Origin: Octopus sinensis
Lineage: Eukaryota
DNA: 64,000 nucleotides
Direction: 5' to 3'
NCBI RefSeq assembly: GCF_006345805.1
Contig: NC_043000.1
Coordinates: 35,030,001 to 35,094,000, forward strand
Below, in pieces: positions 12,807-26,086 of this stretch. Position 1 is the stretch's first letter. Each line of letters begins with the position of its first letter. A model generated the notes under the pieces. That model saw only the letters and a program-made list of their open reading frames with translations. It had not been told where the DNA came from and made no database searches. The position numbers and the translations under genes are program-made.

Positions 12807-13487
12807 TAGTTCTCAGTTTTAATGACTATTTTTGCCTGATATATAACTGGTATTCTGTTATGTATGCTACAAATAGTAGCATATATAACAGCTAATACCC
12901 TCGTTCTGTTTCTTCTGATTCAAATTTTCAGCTTTTGCCAAAACTGTTTTTACCTGAGCTGAAACAACAAGTAGCAGCAATATATTTATTTTCTTTATAA
13001 TATTTAAATAACCAACTTAGTTGAAAAATTGGAAGAAATTAGAATATCAAATTTTGCATCAGAAATTTCATAGATTATTTATTCTTTTTCCATTTTCCTA
13101 TACTTTTTTTTAAGCTGTACCACATGACCAGAGAAAACTCTATAGTAAGCAGTTGGACTAAATTAGAAAGATAGTCGAGATATTGATAGAGATAAACATT
13201 TCTGTCAGTCAAGGAATAAGTTTATTTTAGTCCTTAGTAATAGAAATTTCTCTCTGATTTAGAAAGTTAGATGTGATTATTGAATGCAAAATTGATGGCA
13301 ACGATAATGGTAGAAGTGGTGTTGGTGGTGGTGGTGGTGGTGTTGGTGGTAATCAGGATGTTGGATGAGAATTATAATCATAGAAGAAAATTTAAATGAA
13401 ATTTTCAAATTTACATCAGATAGCAACTCTTGGAGATATAAAATATAATTTTTACCAAATAAATATAGCAAATATGAAGTATGTTGT

Positions 13488-13523
<36 letters not shown>

Positions 13524-13579
13524 GTAATGTATGTGTATATATTATATGTGAGTGTGTGAATACTGTGTTTTTCTGATCA

Positions 13580-13725
13580 GGCAGTGAACCAGGAGTATGC
13601 CAATAAGCATGTGAGACAGCCTTTTCAGTCTTCAATCTAGATCTCTGCACACTCAGTTCAATCCCAACGAGGTCAGTTTTACGTTTCAATCTTTGGACTC
13701 GATAAATAAAGTACTGAGATTGACT
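13580..13725 (+). mobile_element. Family C SINE, degenerate
   Basis: cagttcaatcccaacgaggtcagttttacgtttcaatctttggactcgataaataaagtact resembles 39330-39400. Confidence 0.55.
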
Positions 13726-15227
13726 CTCTTCCTTTTCTGTCTGTCTGTCTGTCTGTCTCTTTGTCTCTCTGTCTGTCTCTTTTTCTGTCTGTCTCTCTCT
13801 CTCTCTCTTGTACTGACTATTATATTATGGCTAGACATGTCTGTACACCACTCGGTTGCTTCCACATTAATTTTGCCACCAAATGCTCATCATCATTAAC
13901 ACTGACAGTGAATTGTCTAACCTTTTACTAATTATTAATACAAGCTGATTCTTCAGAGTTTCTCCTCTGGTGGTGTTCAATCTCCAGCTAGTTGAAAGTG
14001 ATAAAACCTTTTTTTCTATTCAAATTTTCTGAACCAAATTTCCAATCTACCATTCTTAATCTTTACTTTCACTTTCCATTCGTCTCATATTTTTATTTTC
14101 TCAAATTATTTTGCACTTTCTCAAAATAGAGAAATAACCACAAAACTTCTTAGTAAACATTTGCTGACAAGAGGAGAGACTGATAAACATCAGTTGAGGT
14201 CTCTATCCCATCATCCAAGCTGTTACAGTTGCATTTTTGATGAAGGTTTTTTTTTAATATAAACTCAGGCCTATTCCCCATTTTTTTAAAGCGGGTTTAG
14301 CCACAACAAGACACACGCCAGGCATTTCCATTCATTTTCCAGCTCAAATCACCTCAGCATTCGTCTATCCATTTTGGTTAGTTTTTCTCTCATTCCTGCT
14401 CAGCTTTGCACCATTAAAAATCTTGTCCTTTTCAAGACAACAAGAAAAAGACAATATTTTTAATGGTGGAATATCCTTATCTCTAAGCAGGAGCCCTCAA
14501 TGCCATAAACTCATCACTGTAAATATTGCCAGTTCTGATTTGTTGCTTTGCTATTCTAAATGCAATCTCTCCCATAGTGATGTTTCATGTGCTGGACCAT
14601 TATTTCATATCTGATGAATCTCTATATCTGGTCCTCGAGATAAGCCACCAACAAGTCTCATAGACCATTGCAGTTAATAAAAAAGAATTAGAAAATTTTA
14701 AATCTATAAAACCTCCCACTTAACTGCCATATGGCAAATGGATTTCTCTCCAATGTGTGAATGCTAATCTTCATAGTATAGGTTTTCAAAACCAGCATTT
14801 CTTGGGTCAACTTAAAAAAAAACACATCTCAATTGATAGAAAATTGTCTGTTAGGAGTATTAATACAGAATGGTATACGTTGATGTTATTAAGGATTAGT
14901 TCCAGTCTCCCGATGGTTTGTCCCTGTATATGCTGAGTTCAAATCCAGTTAGGTTTGACTTCTTCCCCAGAATCTGTAGAATAAGTACCAGACATGTTCT
15001 TGGGTTTATTCTGATTAGATTTAAAACTTCTGTTCTTATATTCTTTGCTAGTTATAATCAATTTATTGCTGGCTCATAGATATATATATATCATTTTTTT
15101 ATGGGGTTGTTATTTCATTAGAATTTTGTTGGATATTTCAAGTCTGTGAATTCAAAAATAATCTTTGATTTATTTTATGACTTGTTAACAGTTGCAACAG
15201 TCACCCACAAAATGGTGAATATGTGTG

Positions 15228-15262
<35 letters not shown>

Positions 15263-16489
15263 GTTAGACCAGCTGTGGCATAATATTACATATGTTGTTG
15301 TCTCCCCATGAATCTGTAATTGTAAATTGAGACATTATTTAAAACTCCCAATAATAAACTGATTTATTTCTTGCAAGTCATTCAGTAAAATTAACAAAAC
15401 AACTACAATGTCAATACATTTATAGATGCACACACACACACACCTCTGTTTACACACTACCCCACACACATATGAATGTGTGTGTGTGTGTGTGTAAGCT
15501 ATTAAAGTAGATGTAAATGAGTAAAATTGATCAAAACTGCATTAACCATTTATTTTACTGAATACCTAATCACACAAGATGTCAAGATAAATTCAATTAC
15601 CTACATAAATCTCAAGACTCTCATTGCAAAGTTTTTTTCTTTTCTCTTTTAGTTTGCCAATAATAGAGGTGGGTGGGTGGTTACTAAATATTTTTTGACC
15701 TACATGATGTATCAATGGGTCAAAGGTAAAATATATACCTTTAAACACATTTCTGTACTATACAGTATCTTCCATGTTACACCTATTTATGTGTGCAAGC
15801 TTAATTAAAGATATATTAATAATATAATTGTTAAAGAGGACAACAAACATTAAGGCAAGGCAAACATCATCTCAAGTCATATACATTATTATTATTGGAA
15901 AAAATTCAAAGTCTTACAGCTGTTTCTGGGATATCCCTGAGTATGAGATATTGCGATATTCCGTCATTGGAATATCGCAGATATATATATGGATGTATAT
16001 AACTTGATCTTGATGTGGCTATGGATCGTGAAGTGTGAGCCATGGCTAGATTAGTTACTGGTTAGAAGTGAAGGCTTGATCAACTGAGGTTGGTTATTTG
16101 AGTGAAGTTATATGATTACTGGAAAGCACTGCCAGAGCACCAATCAAATGATGAAGGATGAGAAAACATCTAAAAACTATTTGATGAAAAGATTATGAAA
16201 CCAAAATCAGTCAGAATCTTAGTATGGTGACTTTTCTTGTACAATAACTGTTCATGAAAATGGTTCATGTTAAGTATAGCATCTTAAATTTCAAGCAATA
16301 AAAAAAATAAAATGAGCCTTATAAAATTGTGAGACTCTTTGAAACTCAAAAATATCTTAGTAATAAATGTGGCCAGATTAAAAAGGTGCCTGTGGTGTGA
16401 TTGTTTAGTTTATGGAATACTCAGCCACAATTTAGCAGTTAAGAGTTGACTGTGAGCCACATCCTTTGCTCATACACTTCTTGCAGAGA

Positions 16490-16592
16490 CTATTGATAAT
16501 AGTAAATATGTCCTATTGATAATACTAACTGTGTCCTATTGGTAATAAGTAAATAAGCCTATTGATAATACTAACTGTTCTCTGATGATAAT
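16490..16592. repeat. 23-bp minisatellite, 4-5 units alternating A/B
   Basis: ctattgataatagtaaatatgtc / ctattgataatactaactgtgtc / ctattggtaataagtaaataagc / ctattgataatactaactgttct. Confidence 0.85.
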
Positions 16593-17101
16593 GTAGATAT
16601 TTCCTACAGTACTGTTGTTAGTAATAGTTATTTCCCTCTTCAGCCGCTGTAAAGATATTGGTTTGTAGATGAAGCAGAGTGGGATGTTGTTTTTTTTATA
16701 AGGGATGTGGAGTAAAAGTATTGGCCATTTGATTAGATCTCTCAGCTGTGTCATTGATGGAGATTTGCTGCCCTTGATGTTTGATGAAGGAGCAAATCTT
16801 TAATGAATTAGGAGAAACTATCACCCATAGCAACCAACCCACACAGCAACGTTTCCAAACACCCCACTTCCATCCTCACTGCCAGATGACAGTTCTTGTG
16901 ATCATCTACTTATTACCTTTTGCGATCAATGATGTTTCTTTTAGTTAATCTCTCATAGTAAGTCACAGATATTTCATATGAATAAATCTATATTATTTCA
17001 TAGACAGTTCTCTTTTGAAAGTGTGTAGAAAATACTACTCCATTCTCACTATCTGTAAAAAATATCCAAGAGTTTTCCTCTTCTTTCTTTATGCCCCCCT
17101 C

Positions 17102-17183
<82 letters not shown>

Positions 17184-17321
17184 TAGATTTTTTTTTAAGG
17201 AATAAAAATTCCAGCATAACAGAGGTTCAAATTATTCTCATGAAGAAATATATTTTAATTTATATCACCATATAAAAAGAATATTTTAAATACCTACTGT
17301 TTTATTATTACTTGGCAACAC

Positions 17322-17356
<35 letters not shown>

Positions 17357-18133
17357 CATTTATGTACACACACACACACATATATATGCCACCATGGAAA
17401 GCAGATGTTAAATGATGATGATGTATATTGTAAAATTTACGTTGACTGGGACTGTGTTTTTTTTTTAAGTTTTGTTCGACAACTTATTCAACCAGCGACT
17501 GTTTCATTGTTATTCTTAAACTTGCTTTAAAGTAAGAATCTCATTTTTACACTCTCACACACACACAAACTAAATCTTGTCTCTCTCTTCTTAATGTGTT
17601 GCTTTAACTGCAATTTCCCCCTTCCAGTCAGATCTATTAACGATGCATGTCAGTGTGTGTGTGTGTATATATATAATATATATATGTATATATATATATA
17701 TATATACACATACACACACATATATATATATACATATGCGCCCAACACAACACACACACACATTTATGCACAGCTACTTAATCTGAAACATAAATATCAT
17801 AAATAACGGGGTGGGGTGGGGTGAAAGCTCTTGTATATTAAAATCAAGCAACTACTCAACTGACTGACTCGGTATTTTCTAAAATGAAAGTATTTTTTTT
17901 TATTTTACTTTATAGTTTATCTAGAGATTATTTTTGACAAAATACTAACTGAATTAAGACAATTTATATTCACTAAATGTAATTATAAAACACTTGTAGA
18001 GATTTAAAAAAACTCCGTTCTTGAGTTGGTCGAAATGCTTTCTTCTTTTAGCCTTCAACTTTGATATAAATTTTTTTCATTGTTTCATATTTTTATTTAT
18101 ATAGTTCTATTGTTGTTCTATTATTTTTTTTAG

Positions 18134-18166
18134 GCAGTCTGACTCAGTTCAGATTGAATTGTTGAA
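18134..18166 (+). other. Candidate 33-nt exon
   Basis: ttatttttttttag|gcagtctgactcagttcagattgaattgttgaa|gtaggc; one open frame QSDSVQIELL. Confidence 0.2.
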
Positions 18167-19729
18167 GTAGGCAAGTGTTTCAGGCTGTAGTAGACTTTCT
18201 AAAGATCTCTTAATGTGTTTGTTTTAATTGCTCATTCATACATACATACATGTGTGCATGCATACACACACACACATGCACACATTTTTACCTGCATGGC
18301 ATGTTTCAGCATTGTGTCTCCTTAGTTTTTATTTCAGAATTTGTTTTCCTTTAAATTGTTCTGAAGCTCCAGTCATATATATTCAATTTAATCCACACCA
18401 ACATAAAAAGACTGTTGTTGAAAATGAAACTCTAGGAATTGTTCTTTTATTTCATAATGACCACTGCTTATTGTAAATAAATATCTTATAAATTTACTAA
18501 TTACTATAACATATAAAGTTTTAATCTTAAATCTGATTGAATCTAACTTTTAAAGATCTTTATCTGTATCTCAAACAGATGGTGTATCCTGATCACCAGT
18601 TGTGTCTTCCATAGCTGAATTTTGGAATTGTTTTCACAACTTTCTTAGTTTCATAATATTTATGTATTCAATTCAGATCTTCATTTAACAATGTTTGGTC
18701 ATGGATGCAGTTCTTCTAATACCAGAATATTAGCATACATTGTACATGATGAACCTTTTTAACCAAACATCTATAATATTTAGTTGTGGTTTGCATCCAT
18801 TCCTTGCATCACTTAACCTATATGATTACAGTATGATTATAGTATATTTGTTTTAGAGAAAGTGCTATAAATACATATGGCATTTTTTTTTTATTAAAAA
18901 TTTTTTTTTTGTTTTTTCTACAAAGATTCCTTGATTCTCACATACTTAGACCTAAGAGTTTTTAGGAAGAACAGTTTTCTTCTGAAGAAAAAGAATATTG
19001 AATATTCACAATATCTAAATTAAAGTTGACGTTATTTTATTTAACCGATTGTGATGATCTAGTAATGTTTTGAAATAATCTTGTTGAAATTTGATTGCAG
19101 GTATTGTGTCCTGCTTCAAAACATTCTTCCTCTGTCAGCAAGCAGAGTTTACTTAGAGGCCAGAATTAAATGTTTACAGATTAGAAAACAAATGACAAAG
19201 TCTAACTGGTTTCAATCTCTAACCATTAAAAACCAGAAACTAGATATAAAAATATTTGGAACAATAACTAATATTCTATTTTATTGATGACAAAATCTAT
19301 TTTGCTACATTGTAATCAAGATGATATATATATATATATATAATATTTGTGATATTTTCCCATTATTTCTGGTGAATATTAATTGTTTCAGTTTTGATTA
19401 TATTTAACGAATCAAGGAAACAAGTGCAAATGAAGAGATTCATAAATATTTGAGAATGTGATTTCAAGGTCTTAATGCATTTTCATGCATTTACAACTGG
19501 AGCAATAAATATATGTGACTCTGCAATTTTAGGGGCACGATATTGTATCCATATTTTGCTTGTCTATATCTCTATGTTGGGACACAAAACACACACACAT
19601 GTATGTGTGTATATATTTATATATATATACATACATATATATATACATATATATATATACATACATATATATATATATATATACATATATATATACATAC
19701 ATATATATATATACATATATATATACACA

Positions 19730-20584
19730 CAGGGTGCAATGGATAAATTGTCGCTTTAATTTTGCATATGCACATTGTTTGTTTTTTGATTTTGTTGACT
19801 GCACGATATGTGAAGTTCAGTTGGGTGCCGCCTGTGAGAAAACTAGCACCCTGATGCAATTCACTCTTCCAGAAATTTGAAAATGACATGCTGCACTGCT
19901 TGGCATTTGTACTGCAAGCTCCAATACGAACATTTGAGTGCAAATCCTTGGACATGCAATGAAAGTGATAAAAATCAAACATCCAGTCAACATCATGGTG
20001 TTTGGTGTGATCACTAGTGATGGTGACATTATGCCTCCATTCATCTTCTTACACAGCGTCAGACACAACATGGAGGCCTACATTAAGTGTCTGTATGACG
20101 TAATGCTGCCCTGGATCAAGAGGGTGGCTGCTGGAAGACCTTATGTCTGGCAACAGGACTCTGCGCCATGCCACACAAGTAGTAGAACCCAGTCATGGCT
20201 GTCAGACAATTTCTGTAACCACATCACCCCTAACATCTGATTACCTCACCCCCTCAGACTGCAACCCCCTTGGTTATTATGTGTGGGGCGTAGTTAATTG
20301 AGAGACCAACAAAACTCATTGTAACACCAAAGATGAACTGCAGGCAAGGATTATGGCAGCATTCACCAACTTAAACAAGGAGACTATCCAGAAGAGTTGC
20401 AGGAGATTCCTAAGTCATCTGGTGGCCATGTTTGAAGCCAATGGCGATTTTATTGAATAAATTTACTCTTTAGAATTTCAAGATATTTTAATGTAATTTT
20501 GGTGAATATATGTGTTAAAATGAGATTGTCAGTGCTATTTTCACTTTTGTGTAATTTAGATGACAGTATATTCACCACACCCTG
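19730..20584 (+). mobile_element. Internally deleted Tc1/mariner DD37D (maT-type) transposon
   Basis: TIRs cagggtgcaatggataaattgtc / gacagtatattcaccacaccctg, TA on the right; transposase KHPVNIMVFGVITSDG..RPYVWQQDSAPCHTS..SDCNPLGYYVWG..ANGDFIE*; about 37 residues between 2nd and 3rd catalytic positions after repairing a stop/frameshift; N-terminal half missing. Confidence 0.92.
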
Positions 20585-20930
20585 TATGTGTGTGTGTGTT
20601 TATATTTATGAGTAAATGAGTGTGTGTGTGTGTGTATTTATATAGATTTGTGTATATTTATAATATGAGTCTGGTGTGTATATGTGTGCACATGGTCATC
20701 ATTTTCTTTGACCTATTTTCATGTCACTTTTACTCCCATTTTCGGGTTTAGTTTCAACTTTCTCCCTTCGTTTTGCAATTTCTGCCCTTACTTGCTTTTC
20801 TTACGTACTTCAACACACTTCCACCTTGCTCCACTTCCACATCCTCACATTTTTCCTGCATTCATCAGTTGTGTGCAAAACAACACTTCTAACTAGCACC
20901 ATTGCACTTAAACTCATCTACGCACATTCA

Positions 20931-20965
<35 letters not shown>

Positions 20966-21147
20966 TTCTCTCTCTATCTCTCTCTCTCCCTATTCCTCCT
21001 GCTCATTTTCAAATACTGATACATCATGATACAAGTCTCTATACCTTTGTCCCATAGAGCAGAATTTACATCTGGGATATAACCATATGCCTTCCTCTTG
21101 GGGCCTTCCCTTTTCTTATTTTTGCTTTTTTCATGCACACATACTTA

Positions 21148-21335
21148 TCATCACCATCATCATCATCATCAGTTTAATGCATATGTTTACACGTTTGCCT
21201 GGGTCAGACTGGCTTCATTGATTTTTCTATGGCTGGATGTCCTTCCTGTCACTAACCCTCTGTTTCCAATCAAGGTAATATTTCCCCATGGCCAGATATG
21301 TTTTTCCATGAAACACTGCAAACAAACAACATTGC
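21148..21335 (-). mobile_element. Family A SINE-like element, degenerate
   Basis: (CAT)n tail, ggctggatgtccttcctgtcactaacc core. Confidence 0.7.
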
Positions 21336-21702
21336 TCTCATGTTGGAGATTCTTGTTAACAACCATCACATGGTTTCAGGATGATCTGTCCAGCTGTCTG
21401 TCTGTCTATTTGCCTATCTGTGTGTCTATCTACGTCTGTCTGTCAGTCCATCCATCAACCCATCCATCTCCAACCAAATATTTAAATATATACACTGCTA
21501 TATATATATAGATAGATAGATATATAGAGTGGTTGTATAAAGTCAACATAATGTGACAGTCCCGTAGAAGGAATTACACCACCGCTATATAGCCCTAGGA
21601 AGCATCGACGCTTCCTGTCGGCTTTGACACATTTTCTGTGTCCTTATATTTGCAAGAGGGAGGCAAGCACCCCCACCAGCCGATATATATACCCACATAT
21701 TT

Positions 21703-22075
21703 TTTATTTATTACTTGTTTCAGTCATTAGGCTATGGCCATGTTGGGGCACCCACCTTCAAGAGTTTAGTCAAAGTGATTCTTTTGAAGCCTAGTACTTA
21801 TTCTATCAGTGTCTTTATGATGAAATGCTAAGTTATGTGGACATGGAGAAACTAACACCAGTTGTTAAGTGATGGCGGAGGACAAACACACGCATAAATA
21901 TATGCATATATATAATAGGAGAGGCTTCTTTCAGTTTCTGTCTGTCATCTCTACTCACAGAGTTTTGGTTGGCCCAGGGCTACAGTAGAAGACACTCAGT
22001 GTCACACTGCAGGATGGAACCCAGATCCATGTGATTGGGAAGTTAATTTGTTATGAGACAGCCATGCCTGCACCT
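21703..22075 (-). mobile_element. Family B SINE, near full length
   Basis: cttgtttcagtcattaggctatggccatgttggggcacc tail through ggaacccagatccatgtg head. Confidence 0.85.
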
Positions 22076-22125
22076 ACATATACATCAGCTTTATATAGAT
22101 ACCAACGAATGCATAAACATGTACA

Positions 22126-22287
22126 CCACACCCTGGAAAGTGGTTGACGTTTGGAAGGGCATCCAGCTATAGAAATCATGTCAAAACAGCCAGTGAAGCT
22201 TGGTACGGTCCCCTGGCTTGCTAGACCCTGTCAAACCATCCAACCCATGCCAGCATAGGAAACGGACATTAAATGATGGTGATGTTG
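22126..22287 (+). mobile_element. Family A SINE-like element
   Basis: ggaagggcatccagct...caaaccatccaacccatgccagcatagg..ttaaatgatggtgatg. Confidence 0.85.
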
Positions 22288-22782
22288 TGTGTGTGTGTGA
22301 ATGTATGTGTATATATATATATATGTGGATGGTGTATCTGTTTGTGTGTATGTGCTGGTACACACGGCATACACTATATACACATGTTTGTTAACATAAA
22401 CTTCATCTGTGTAGTCATTTATTTTTCTTACATTCTGTCCTCTTTGTTCCTCCCTCTAATTTTACTTCTTATTTTTGTTCATATTCAGTTGTATTATTTT
22501 ATATTAGGTTCTTGTATATTCTTCTTACCTTACTTTTAGCTTCTGATGTGTGAGTGTGTGAGAGTCTGTGCACAGACACTCCCTTCCCACAGACACCAAC
22601 AAACACACATCTATGTCCAAATATGTTTTCATGTGTGAGATTAACTATTAAATTACTCATACAAAATATCAGATGCTTCTAGATTCTTCTTGCCAACAAC
22701 AATGATGGTTCAGCAGATCTGTTTATCTTTCGTATTGAAATAGTTCAGAGATCAATATATATTTATACATCTGCTGACTTAC

Positions 22783-22829
22783 AGCTAGTACCAGTGCTCA
22801 CTTTCTTTTCACTCGCTTTGCCATCTCTT
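22783..22829 (-). other. Candidate 47-nt exon
   Basis: Minus strand gtgtttgcag|aagagatggc...ggtactagct|gtaagt; frame RDGKASEKKVSTGTS; weak pyrimidine tract. Confidence 0.25.
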
Positions 22830-23770
22830 CTGCAAACACGTATTTCTGTCTTCATTTACAACAGTTTTTTTTCTTCTTGTTTAGTTAATAATATTACATA
22901 TAGATAGTTTTCAAGTTCTGTTTGGGAGTTGTTCTATATGTAATATTATTAACTGCATGTATGTGTATATATGCATGCACACACACATCACATCATCATC
23001 ATCATCATCACTAATGTGCACATCTCCATGTGTGTGTAGGTCAGATGGAATTTGTTAAGACTGACTTTCTACTGCACCGTGGTCATTTTTTGTGAATCCT
23101 CACATATTTCAAAGCAAATTGATATTTTCCCTTGGCCTTTTCAACGTAACCAGCACAATGGACAGACATGTTTTCATGGAATATTGCAAATCAACAACAC
23201 TGCTAGCATGGCTGTTGTTGTTGTTAAGCAACAAGACGGGTAAGGGTGATTAGGTGATGGTCTAGGGCTTAGGGGCGGGAGACCCCAGACCTTGGAAGAA
23301 AAAAAAAACTTTGGTCATCTTGTTGTAGTCGAGGGCTCTTCGTTGACACCTGACACCACTAGGAGGTGGCCCTCAAAGTCGCTGGAAATGGAGATCTCCA
23401 GGTCCAAATTCTTGAACGGCTGCTTGCATAGGAGCAATGTTTGTCTACAGTTTGCATGTGATATGAAAACAAGTACACATAAACATGCACACACACACAC
23501 AACCATATGATAAACCTTTTTTTCTGCATCCATCCTCGAAATCCACTCTTGAGATTTCATGGCTATAGGAGACATCGCTGCATTGTGGGACTGAATTTGG
23601 AGCCCTCTGACTACAAAGATTTATATGCATGTGTGTGTGTATGCATGTGCATGTGTGTATATATAACTCTCTGTACAAAGATGTGTGTGTGTGAATGTGT
23701 GTATATGTGTGTACATATATGTGAATATATATATGTATATATTCTGTTGTGTCATTCTCTTTTAGGGTCT

Positions 23771-23979
23771 TATAATTTAATACGCTCACCGGTAAAATTT
23801 CCACTTGTTTCTTTTTTATTTTTCCAAAAATTTTCGTTGTTTTGAAACCTTTTCAATAATTTTGACTCTGTCCATTATTCACACTGCGTTCCAATCTACA
23901 GATGAATAAATACATAGTTTATATGAACAGACAAGCACACATACGTACACATACACAAATGACGACTGAAACACATGGC

Positions 23980-24010
<31 letters not shown>

Positions 24011-24440
24011 TTTACTTCACCCAAGGACGCATATGGAGACACATGTCCACACATATGGAGATGCACATCCATACATACAAACACAGTACATAGTTGCAAA
24101 ACACACACACACTCAGACATGCACACACATATAAAAACACACACATAGACATAAAAAAAACACAAACACTGACATGCAAACACATGAATATGCAGAATAC
24201 ATACATACAAATATACACACATACATATATACATATACACACACATACATGCATTCATGCATGTGTAAGCACACATACACACACACTAACCCCCACACAT
24301 GCACACAAACAAACAAAAAGGAACGCAGTGTGAATAACAAACAGTCAAAACTATTGAAAAGGTTGCAAGACACAACAAAAATTTTAGAAAAATAAAAAAG
24401 AAATAAGTGGAAATTTTACCGGTGAGTGTGTTACATTATA
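23771..24440. mobile_element. Foldback/MITE-like element: ~120-bp inverted arms around a (CA)/(TA) microsatellite core
   Basis: 23771-23892 (tataatttaatacgctcaccggtaaaatttccac...cacactgcgttcc) is the reverse complement of 24320-24440; TA at both ends. Confidence 0.85.
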
Positions 24441-24489
24441 TGGCACCAAAAGAGAATGACTCACTCCAGACACAGCAGAATATGCTTCA

Positions 24490-24780
24490 ACATACGAACT
24501 CAAATAAAGAATCTTGCAAACCAAATCCCAAAACGAAATATAATACTACTGATGTTACGCTGGGCAACAGATAAAATTTCTTACTGAGACCAATGGAAGG
24601 ATTTGAACTCAGAATGCAATTGACCGGAACAAGTACCACAAGGCATCTGCACTGATATTCTAAGAATGAAAGATAAATTTTAACTTTGGTAGAATTTGAA
24701 CTCATTGTGCAGAGAGTTAGAACAAATGTTATGTGGTAGTGTATCTGATGCCATAACCACTCTGCTAATTTGCCACCCAC
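24490..24780 (-). mobile_element. Two stacked degenerate family C SINE 5' parts
   Basis: ggatttgaactcag at ~24600 and gaatttgaactc at ~24693; ccataaccactctgctaatttgccacc head. Confidence 0.6.
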
Positions 24781-25856
24781 AATATGTGTGTCATTGTTTA
24801 TACAATCTCATGTTTAATCAGCCTCACGGAAACACATGTATTGTTTTTCTCTGCTTCCTTCATTGTTTTCAATTCGTTTTTCTTTTGTTCTCTGTTTATC
24901 CTCTATTGCTTATTCCCTCTGTTTATCTCTGTATATGTGTATGTATATATATATGTATGTATATATTTATATATGTATATATGTATATATATGTATTTCA
25001 AAGTATATATATATATATTTTTTCATAGACAAACATGTGCATTAAAATGTATGTATACTTCTGTTGTGTTGTTATTATTAAATGCATTCATTGGTGTGTG
25101 ATGTTCCTTGTATGTGCTTGTGTTTCATCTAATCAAAACAGATTTTCTCATCTGTCTGGAAATCTAAGATTAGTTCTAAATTGGATAATTCTATACACCC
25201 TCTTTTATTTTTAAATCTATATTGAACGTATTCAGATATTCAACTCGGCTATTTTTGTATGTTTTTTTATGGTTTGACAGCAGAATTAAGTCTCTCACAC
25301 AACAATGTCAATAACATGTTGCTCCTTTCTCATTTTCATTTCCTAACAAGATTCTTGTTTCACTTTCTCATCTTGTCTTTGATGGATTCTGTTGAGGTAT
25401 TTTTGACTTGTATAATTTCAAATTTTGGTTAAGCTGTAAGCAAATATGTGTATATATGTGAGTTTTGATACAAACACACACACACACACATATGTGTGTT
25501 GTATGATGTGTGTATAACACACACATTGTTTCTGTTGTATTGGGAATTATTTAATTGTACAGAAATACACAATAAATGTTTGCATATCTTTGAGAAGAAA
25601 ATGATAGATAACTTGATAATTCAAAATAAAAAAAGAAAAGAAAACGGAGACCAAATGTTTGTTAATGAAATTTTGCACAGAATTGAGAATGAGACAATTA
25701 TTTTTGAGACTAAATCTGACATTAGTGACACCTATGACTGAATGGTGAATGGGTGGCTGAATTAGTTGAGCAACAAACAAACTGCATGCATATATATACA
25801 TGTACAAATTATATGTAAACTTACATACATATATGCAACTATATATATATATATAT

Positions 25857-25920
25857 GTGCCCCAGCATGGCTACAGCTTGTGAGCTGAAACTAGATAAAA
25901 TAAAAAAATAAAATAAAATA
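25857..25920 (+). mobile_element. Ultra-short LINE-type 3' tail beside (TA)n
   Basis: gccccagcatggctacagcttgtgagctgaaactag plus A-rich tail; same motif as the LINE end at 59290-59335. Confidence 0.75.
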
Positions 25921-26086
25921 TATATATTAAAATAAAAAATAAAATATATATATTAAAATCTTAGGTTAATAAGAATATTCATTAAAATATTCTTAGTTAC
26001 CAGTGGTCTAGTGAGAAAGAAAAAATTTGTCAATAGACTATATATTATTCAGAGAAGAATACAGTGTACATTCAAACACAAAAGAG

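Noticed and set aside
13115-13144. 30-nt plus-strand microexon candidate (AAG|...|GTAAGC); similar tiny candidates at 37918-37937 and near 54530
   Set aside because: Weak AAG acceptor or weak donors; expected by chance in 64 kb of AT-rich DNA.
14560-14780. Two HTGEK-like linker fragments on the minus strand (possible C2H2 zinc-finger pseudogene)
   Set aside because: Need several frameshifts, and no C-x2-C pairs are recoverable.
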